From assembly GCA_000025185.1 (NCBI GenBank), contig CP001848.1:2040001-2072000 (forward strand): 32,000 nucleotides of DNA, written 5' to 3'. The position numbers and the translations under genes were made by a program. Below the pieces are notes generated by a model. It was not told the origin of the DNA and searched no databases. It saw nothing but the letters and a program-made list of their open reading frames with translations. This DNA is from Pirellula staleyi DSM 6068 (GTDB lineage Bacteria; Planctomycetota; Planctomycetia; Pirellulales; Pirellulaceae). How positions within the stretch are numbered: the first letter of the stretch is position 1; each line of letters begins with the position of its first letter. Shown piece by piece: positions 26,687-32,000 of the stretch.

Positions 26687-27484
26687 ATGGGATTGGCAAC
26701 CAAAGAGCCGGAGTGGACGACAAGTGGACCGGTGGTCTCGGCCGAGGGGACTTGGACGCTCGAGACGATCGATGGTCACCCATGCGACCTGTTTCAGCCT
26801 GCCAAGCCGAGTCCGCACAAATACACGGTGCTTTATCTGCATGGCGTGCATTTGAATCGGCTGGTGGATAAACGGGTGTTTGTCGAGCAATTTGGCAAGT
26901 ATGGGCTGAATGTCGTTTGCCCACGCACCGAGCGAAGTTGGTGGACCGATCGCATTTGCACCGAGTTTAGTACGAAGTATTCGGCCCAGCAGTTTGTGAT
27001 GGAACTGGTGCTGCCGTGGATCAAGCAGCGGCTGGGATGCGAGCCGCCCCGCATCGCCTTGCTTGGGACCAGCATGGGTGGGCAAGGAGCGCTGCGGTTT
27101 TCGTACAAGTTTCCGAACATCTTTCCGATTGCGGCGGCGATTTCTCCAGCGATTGATTATCAGCTGCGGTACGACGAGGGGGATGTGACGATTCCCCAGA
27201 TGTACAGCGATCCGGAGGCAGCGCGACAAGATACGGCGCTCTTGCACGTGCATCCGCTCAATTGGCCTCGGCATCAGTTTTTCGCATGTGATCCTGAAGA
27301 TACGCGCTGGTGGGACTCGGCCGATCGATTGCGCATGAAGCTCTATTCGCTGGGGGTTCCGCACACGTGCGACATGGAGACGAGTGGTGGCGGCCACAGC
27401 TTCGAGTACTACCAGCTGCTGGCCCCAACGGCTGTGAAGTTCGTGTTCGATGCCCTGGAGCAAGAGCGTTTGCGGTTGCTGTGA
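26687..27484 (+). CDS. Alpha/beta-hydrolase 'putative esterase' family protein
   Basis: VLYLHGVH, nucleophile elbow LLGTSMGGQGAL (GxSxG), and C-terminal GGGHSFEYY supplying the His. Confidence 0.85.
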   Translation: MGLATKEPEWTTSGPVVSAEGTWTLETIDGHPCDLFQPAKPSPHKYTVLYLHGVHLNRLVDKRVFVEQFGKYGLNVVCPRTERSWWTDRICTEFSTKYSAQQFVMELVLPWIKQRLGCEPPRIALLGTSMGGQGALRFSYKFPNIFPIAAAISPAIDYQLRYDEGDVTIPQMYSDPEAARQDTALLHVHPLNWPRHQFFACDPEDTRWWDSADRLRMKLYSLGVPHTCDMETSGGGHSFEYYQLLAPTAVKFVFDALEQERLRLL

Positions 27485-27567
27485 TCGGCATTGGGGCTCG
27501 AGCGGCAGGAAAGTATTCACGAGATCTCGCATTTGCGGCGAAGCTGACCCTGCCGATTACGCGGAGA

Positions 27568-27595
27568 TTGACTTCTTTCCCCTTAACCCTACAAT
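27568..27595 (+). promoter_or_regulatory. Near-consensus sigma-70 promoter TTGACT-N16-TACAAT
   Basis: TTGACT at 27568-27573, a 16-nt spacer, and TACAAT at 27590-27595. It sits in the 409-bp gap between the esterase and thioredoxin-like genes, ~300 nt upstream of the ATG at 27894. Confidence 0.45.
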
Positions 27596-27893
27596 GCGGC
27601 CAAGATAAATCACCTTGCGCTGATGCGTCGGCGTTGATGGGTGGGCCAAAATTGCCCGAAATGCTACTGCTGCTGGCAGTTGCGTGCGGTTTTTGGCTCG
27701 GCCGTCGAACCTCTAAGCGATCGGTGCGTAGATGGTGCCAGGGTCGTTTCGTGTTCTGAAGGTCAGCCGCCACTCCCCTGGGAGTCTTTCAGCGGCTGAA
27801 CTGACCGTGTAACGACGACCTGATTCTGGTTATCTGAATAACAGCGTCTGGCTAAAGTTGCCAGGCACATTCACGCCGCAGGAGATCTGACCC

Positions 27894-28466
27894 ATGATTC
27901 GTCGCATGTTTTTGTCGCTGGCGCTCATCGCCGCAGTCGTTGCCCCTTCGTTCGCTGCCGAAATCGCCCCCGGCGAAAAGGCTCCTGAGTTCAAGGGACT
28001 CGTGGGAACCGACGGCAAGGAATATGGCCTGGCCGACATGAAAGACGCCAAGGCTGTCGTGGTCGTCTTCACCTGCAATCGCTGCCCCGTGGCCATCGAT
28101 TACGAAGATCGCTTCATCGAATTCACCAAGAAGTACAAGGAAAAGGGTGTTTCGTTCGTTGCTATCAACTGCAACCGCCGCACCGAAGATCTCGAAGCAA
28201 TGAAGGCTCGTGCTGAAGAAAAGGGTTTCAACTTCCCCTACGTCTTCGACAAGACCGGTGCCACCGCCACGGAATACGGTGCCCGCGTTACCCCGCACAT
28301 CTTTGTGCTCGATGGCAACCGCGCTGTGCAGTACGTCGGTGCGTTTGACAACAGCGCCAACGAACCGACTAAGCACTACGTGGTCGACGCCGTGGAAGCC
28401 ATTCTGGCCGGCAAGGCTCCTGAAGTGACCCAGACCAAGGCTGTTGGTTGCGGTATCGCCAAGTAA
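27894..28466 (+). CDS. Secreted thioredoxin-fold (redoxin/AhpC-TSA-like) protein
   Basis: AGGAG SD and signal peptide MIRRMFLSLALIAAVVAPSFAA. Motif VVVFTCNRCPVA (CxxC). The overall pattern matches thioredoxin-family periplasmic proteins. Confidence 0.85.
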   Translation: MIRRMFLSLALIAAVVAPSFAAEIAPGEKAPEFKGLVGTDGKEYGLADMKDAKAVVVVFTCNRCPVAIDYEDRFIEFTKKYKEKGVSFVAINCNRRTEDLEAMKARAEEKGFNFPYVFDKTGATATEYGARVTPHIFVLDGNRAVQYVGAFDNSANEPTKHYVVDAVEAILAGKAPEVTQTKAVGCGIAK

Positions 28467-28670
28467 TTTCGCTGCTGCAGCCGACTCGGTTGCAGACGCC
28501 CCATGATTCAATCGGTCCGATAGTCGCACACGATTGTCGGGCCGTGACTACACCCTCGCCTCAATGCAGTAACCAAGCACCACCAGCACTTACCGATTGA
28601 TCCTTGGCACTGCTGTGCCACAATCGCTTCTCCTAAGTGACGTGCTTGGGCCCACTGCGACTTGCTCTTC

Positions 28671-28718
28671 AAAAAATTGCCGCTGATGGTTCTTCCTCAG
28701 GACTGTCAGCGGTTTTTT
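28671..28718. terminator. Bidirectional-looking intrinsic terminator
   Basis: A-run at 28671-28676. Stem CCGCTGA (28680-28686) pairs with TCAGCGG (28706-28712). T-run TTTTTT at 28713-28718. It lies 214 nt downstream of the thioredoxin-like stop codon. Confidence 0.6.
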
Positions 28719-28823
28719 GTTGTCTGTACGCTGAAGTAAGTATGCACGGTTGCTGTAGTGTTTGCTTCCTGCAGCGATTGTTCGTTCCGTCTAGTTGCTC
28801 CGCTTATTTACTAGGTGAATCGC

Positions 28824-29498
28824 ATGTCGCGCAGCCTCTCGCTACTCACGCTCGCCACACTGATGATTTCTGCTCTGCTTCTCGGCTGTGAGCAGTCGGC
28901 CCCGGTCATGACCCAGCCAACCCCGACCAAGGTTGCACCGCCGGTGTTGAGTGCCGAAGCAGCGCCGGCAAAATCCCCCAACGCGATTTCCCCCGAGGCT
29001 GTGGTGCTCACCATGGGGAATGAGGAACTACTCGCCGAATCGCTGAAGAAACATCGGGGCAAGCTGGTGTTTGTGGACTACTGGGCCACTTGGTGCGGCC
29101 CGTGCGTCGAGTTCTTTCCGCACACGGTTCAGTTGCACGAAAAGTTTGGAGACAAGGGACTCGAAGTGATTTCGGTCAGCTTCGATAATCTCGCTGAGGA
29201 AGGAAAAGTACGACTCTTCCTGGCCGATCAAGGAGCCAAGTTCGAAAACATCCTGAGCAGCTATAACGGCGCGAGTGTCGAAGCCGCAGAAGGTTTTCAG
29301 TTCGAAGGGGTGCTGCCTCATTTTCGTCTGTATGGTCGTGATGGTTCGCTTCTCGCCAAGTGGGATGGAGCGCCCGAGAACATCGACGCTGAAATCGAGC
29401 GTTTGATCAGCGGCGTCGATCCAGTATCACCTGCTGCTGAAGCCCCCTCGACAGAAACCCCCACGGAAACAGCGGCACCAGTTGCCAGCGAGCAATAG
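28824..29498 (+). CDS. TlpA-family thiol:disulfide oxidoreductase, lipoprotein
   Basis: The ATG at 28824 is preceded by AGGTG at 6 nt; the track GTG is at 28815. Lipobox-like LLLGC. Thioredoxin motif YWATWCGPCVEFFP. Pro/Ala/Thr/Glu-rich C-terminal tail. Confidence 0.85.
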   Translation: MSRSLSLLTLATLMISALLLGCEQSAPVMTQPTPTKVAPPVLSAEAAPAKSPNAISPEAVVLTMGNEELLAESLKKHRGKLVFVDYWATWCGPCVEFFPHTVQLHEKFGDKGLEVISVSFDNLAEEGKVRLFLADQGAKFENILSSYNGASVEAAEGFQFEGVLPHFRLYGRDGSLLAKWDGAPENIDAEIERLISGVDPVSPAAEAPSTETPTETAAPVASEQ

Positions 29499-29541
29499 TG
29501 TGAAGTGAATCCTCAAACTTCGCTTCCCAGGTTTTCCCGGC

Positions 29542-29997
29542 ATGCTGATGCTCGATGAAATATTGCTGATTCATGTCGCGGCGACGTGGGGAATGGTGGG
29601 GCTGATTGGGATTGTGCAGTTGGTGCACTATCCATTGATGAACTACGTGCCCGCAGACCGATTTCCCGAGTTCGAGCAGGCACATCGCTCGCGCATCACC
29701 TACATCGTGGCGCCGCTGATGCTCATCGAGTCGGCTTCGGCGGTCCTTCTCGTTTCCTTGCCAACCCCAGCCCCCATCACTACGCTGGCCTGGATTGGCA
29801 TGGTGCTACTCCTGGGCAACTGGCTCTCGACGCTGCTACTGCAGATGCCCTGCCATTTCAAACTGAGCCAGAAGTTCGACACCGCCACGCACCGGTTTCT
29901 CGTTCGCAGCAACTGGATCCGCTCGATTTTGTGGTTTTTGCGAGGCCTCGTGGCCCTGGCCATGCTGTGGTATTCGAGCGCGAACTCCTCTTTTTAA
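29542..29997 (+). CDS. Small integral membrane protein (about 4 predicted TM helices), family not recognised
   Basis: The hydrophobic segments are ILLIHVAATWGMVGLIGIVQLV, YIVAPLMLIESASAVLLVSL, LAWIGMVLLLGNWLSTLLL and ILWFLRGLVALAMLW. Codon usage is consistent with neighbouring genes. Confidence 0.6.
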   Translation: MLMLDEILLIHVAATWGMVGLIGIVQLVHYPLMNYVPADRFPEFEQAHRSRITYIVAPLMLIESASAVLLVSLPTPAPITTLAWIGMVLLLGNWLSTLLLQMPCHFKLSQKFDTATHRFLVRSNWIRSILWFLRGLVALAMLWYSSANSSF

Positions 29998-30137
29998 GCC
30001 GAAACTGCGGCGACACTTCTCCCCGCTCGCGGGGTAAGGTATGGTGGAGTGGTTCTGCCGCTTCGTGCGTTCGCACGTTCTTCTCCAGCGGCGAGTGACG
30101 TCACGTTCGGCACGCCTCGCATTCAAGGTGCGCGATC

Positions 30138-32000
30138 ATGTTTCGCAGTCTTGGTCTCACCGTCGGCTGGCTCGCTCTTTTGGCTTCGACTTCGCTGGCT
30201 GCGACCGACGAAAAACTGGCGAAGCGTCTCGAGCCGATTATCGCCGCCCATCAAGGGCAGGTGGCCGTGGCCATTAAGCATTTGCCGAGCGAAGCGACGT
30301 TCGAATATCGGGCCGCCGATCCAATGCCGACCGCCAGCCTCATCAAGTTGCCGGTGATGATCGAAGCGTATCGGCAATCGGCGGCAGGCAAACTCGATCT
30401 CGCACAAAGTATCACCTTGACCGAAAAAGATAAGGTCCCTGGAAGCGGTGTGCTAACAAAACATTTCTCTGCTGGCGCGACGCTGACACTGCGCGATGCC
30501 ATTCGCTTGATGATGGCGTTCAGCGACAACACAGCGACAAACATGGTGCTCGAGCGGACCGGCATTCCGGCCGTAAATCAAACGATGGAGAAGCTCGACC
30601 TTGTCGAGACCAAGATCCATTCGCAAGTCTTTCGCCCCGGCACCTCGGTGCTTCCCGAGCGCAGTAAGCAGTTTGGACTAGGGAGCACAACAGCAGCGGA
30701 GACCGTTGCACTGATCGAGAAATTGCATCAGGGAAAACTTGCAACTCCTGCCATCTGTGCGGAGATGCTCCAGCACCTGTACGCCACCGAAGAAGAGAGT
30801 TGCTTGCCACGACTGTTGCCCGAAGGGGTGCGCGTGGCGCAGAAAACAGGCGCTGTTTCGGCCGTGCGAACCGCAGCAGGCATTATTGAATCGAACGCTG
30901 GGCCGATTCTGATTTGTGTCCTAACGAGCGAGAATCGCGACCAGCGCTGGACCAGCGATAACAGTGCAGAACTGCTGATTGCCAACATCGCCCGTGAGAC
31001 ACACGAGCATTTTGCCGCGATGCAGCAATCGACGACACCGCCAGTACCCAAAACGCTTCGGATTGGCTCGAGTGGCGATTTAGTCGCGGCGCTCCAGCGC
31101 ACTCTGAATGCTAAAAATCCTGAGGCCTCGCGACTCACCGTCGATGGCGACTATGGCCCAGCGACCGCAGCGGCGGTGAAGAAATTTCAGCTCGAACATA
31201 TGCTCAATGAAACGGGCGAGATGGACTCCAAAACCTGGCAAGCACTTGGCCCCTTAGTCGATCGCGAAAATCCGACAGCCGATCCAGCGGTGGTGAACGC
31301 CGCCGAACTTCCTCCCAAAAAGCCCGAGTCGCTCGAAGGTCCTCCGGTGGTCTCGTGCAAGTCGTGGGGGATCGCTGATGCCAAGACCGGCGCGATCATT
31401 GCCTCGTACGAGGAAGACGACAAACTCGATATCGCCAGCACGACGAAGTTGATGACCGCACTGGTGGTCGCGCGGATGGCTGGTGAAAACGCGTCGCTGC
31501 TCGACGAAGTGGTGACCATCTCCGCAGCTGCCGATGCCACGCCCGGCAGTAGCGCGTGGATACGTGAAGGGGAGAAGTTACAGCTGCGAGAACTGCTCTA
31601 CGGACTCCTCTTGCCGTCGGGGAACGATGCCTCGGTGGCAGTCGCCGAGCATATCGGCAGCAAGCTGATGCTCGACGACCGAAAGCCGGCGCCACTCGAT
31701 CGGTTCATCGCCGAAATGAATAAGGTGGCGGCTGAACTGGGGATGAGTGACACGTCGTACAAAAATCCGCACGGGCTGACCGAGGAGGGACACTTCTCGA
31801 GCGTGCGCGATCAGCTGAAGCTCGCGCGAACGATCGTCGGCACGCCGATGCTCGCCCCTTATTTCGAAGCTCGCATTCGTGGCGCGCGAATCGAAAGCGA
31901 GATGGGCTATCAGCGGAACGTCGCTTGGAAAAACTCGAATCGTTTGCTCGACTACGAGGGATATCGGGGGCTGAAAACTGGCACGACCGACGCAGCTGGG
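30138..32000 (+). CDS. Tri-domain serine hydrolase (3'-truncated by the window): class-A beta-lactamase-like + PG_binding_1 + S11 D-alanyl-D-alanine carboxypeptidase
   Basis: This ORF is not in the supplied track because it runs off the window. I translated it by hand from ATG 30138 (AAGGTG SD, signal peptide MFRSLGLTVGWLALLASTSLA) for 621 codons with no stop. Domain 1 has SLIK (aa 67-70), SDN (129-131) and KTG (236-238). Domain 2 has GSSGDLVAALQRTLN…VDGDYGPATAAAVKKFQ. Domain 3 has STTK (434-437), SGN (494-496) and KTG (613-615). Confidence 0.85.
   Translation, partial: MFRSLGLTVGWLALLASTSLAATDEKLAKRLEPIIAAHQGQVAVAIKHLPSEATFEYRAADPMPTASLIKLPVMIEAYRQSAAGKLDLAQSITLTEKDKVPGSGVLTKHFSAGATLTLRDAIRLMMAFSDNTATNMVLERTGIPAVNQTMEKLDLVETKIHSQVFRPGTSVLPERSKQFGLGSTTAAETVALIEKLHQGKLATPAICAEMLQHLYATEEESCLPRLLPEGVRVAQKTGAVSAVRTAAGIIESNAGPILICVLTSENRDQRWTSDNSAELLIANIARETHEHFAAMQQSTTPPVPKTLRIGSSGDLVAALQRTLNAKNPEASRLTVDGDYGPATAAAVKKFQLEHMLNETGEMDSKTWQALGPLVDRENPTADPAVVNAAELPPKKPESLEGPPVVSCKSWGIADAKTGAIIASYEEDDKLDIASTTKLMTALVVARMAGENASLLDEVVTISAAADATPGSSAWIREGEKLQLRELLYGLLLPSGNDASVAVAEHIGSKLMLDDRKPAPLDRFIAEMNKVAAELGMSDTSYKNPHGLTEEGHFSSVRDQLKLARTIVGTPMLAPYFEARIRGARIESEMGYQRNVAWKNSNRLLDYEGYRGLKTGTTDAAG

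Noticed and set aside
26402-27532. 376-aa ORF on the minus strand spanning the esterase gene and the hpt 5' region
   Set aside because: It is antisense to a well-supported alpha/beta-hydrolase (GxSxG, His). The composition is Arg/Pro/His/Gln-rich and non-protein-like. It would also overlap the hpt start.
27852-28529. 225-aa ORF antisense to the thioredoxin-like gene
   Set aside because: The plus-strand frame has a signal peptide, an SD and a CxxC thioredoxin-fold pattern. The minus-strand frame has no motif and is a shadow ORF.
1-32000. Scan for tRNA/rRNA genes, CRISPR arrays, transposase/integrase genes, terminal inverted repeats and phage genes
   Set aside because: Nothing resembling these turned up in any frame or intergenic region. 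Gene content and composition look like native chromosome rather than a mobile or accessory island.

Overview
High-GC (~55-58% by eye) chromosomal segment. It looks planctomycetal (Pirellulales-like), judging from a PVC-type CxxCH heme-binding/dehydrogenase-domain giant protein, a PQQ-like propeller and many secreted hypotheticals; this taxonomic call is inference only. I support 24 protein-coding genes. I found no rRNA, tRNA, CRISPR array, IS or phage element. Most genes are ordinary core or envelope functions: map, hpt, two GT4 glycosyltransferases, a YgiQ radical SAM protein, thioredoxin/TlpA-like proteins, an esterase and an MBL hydrolase. The best candidate for an undescribed system is at 5.7-13.2 kb. 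There a sigma-70-family gene heads a co-directional cluster encoding an SRPBCC/TIGR01777 oxidoreductase, an FAD amine-oxidase-like enzyme, a DUF1365 protein and a CFA-synthase-family methyltransferase. This cluster is transcribed divergently from an HTH + B12-binding-fold regulator (CarH/LitR architecture). That regulator keeps the exact spacing of the B12 fingerprint but has lost the His ligand. The AT-rich divergent region between them carries a dense array of 9-10 nt AAATCGTTCA-type repeats. I read this as a candidate light / singlet-oxygen-responsive membrane-lipid modification module. Other observations worth a second look: a FabF-like ketosynthase with all three catalytic residues replaced (Cys-His-His to Ala-Glu-Asp); a 3'-truncated tri-domain protein fusing a class-A beta-lactamase-like domain, a PG-binding domain and an S11 DD-carboxypeptidase domain; and a near-consensus promoter driving a 40-codon hydrophobic/basic ORF. 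All functional calls rest on motif recognition by eye. No BLAST or HMM search could be run.
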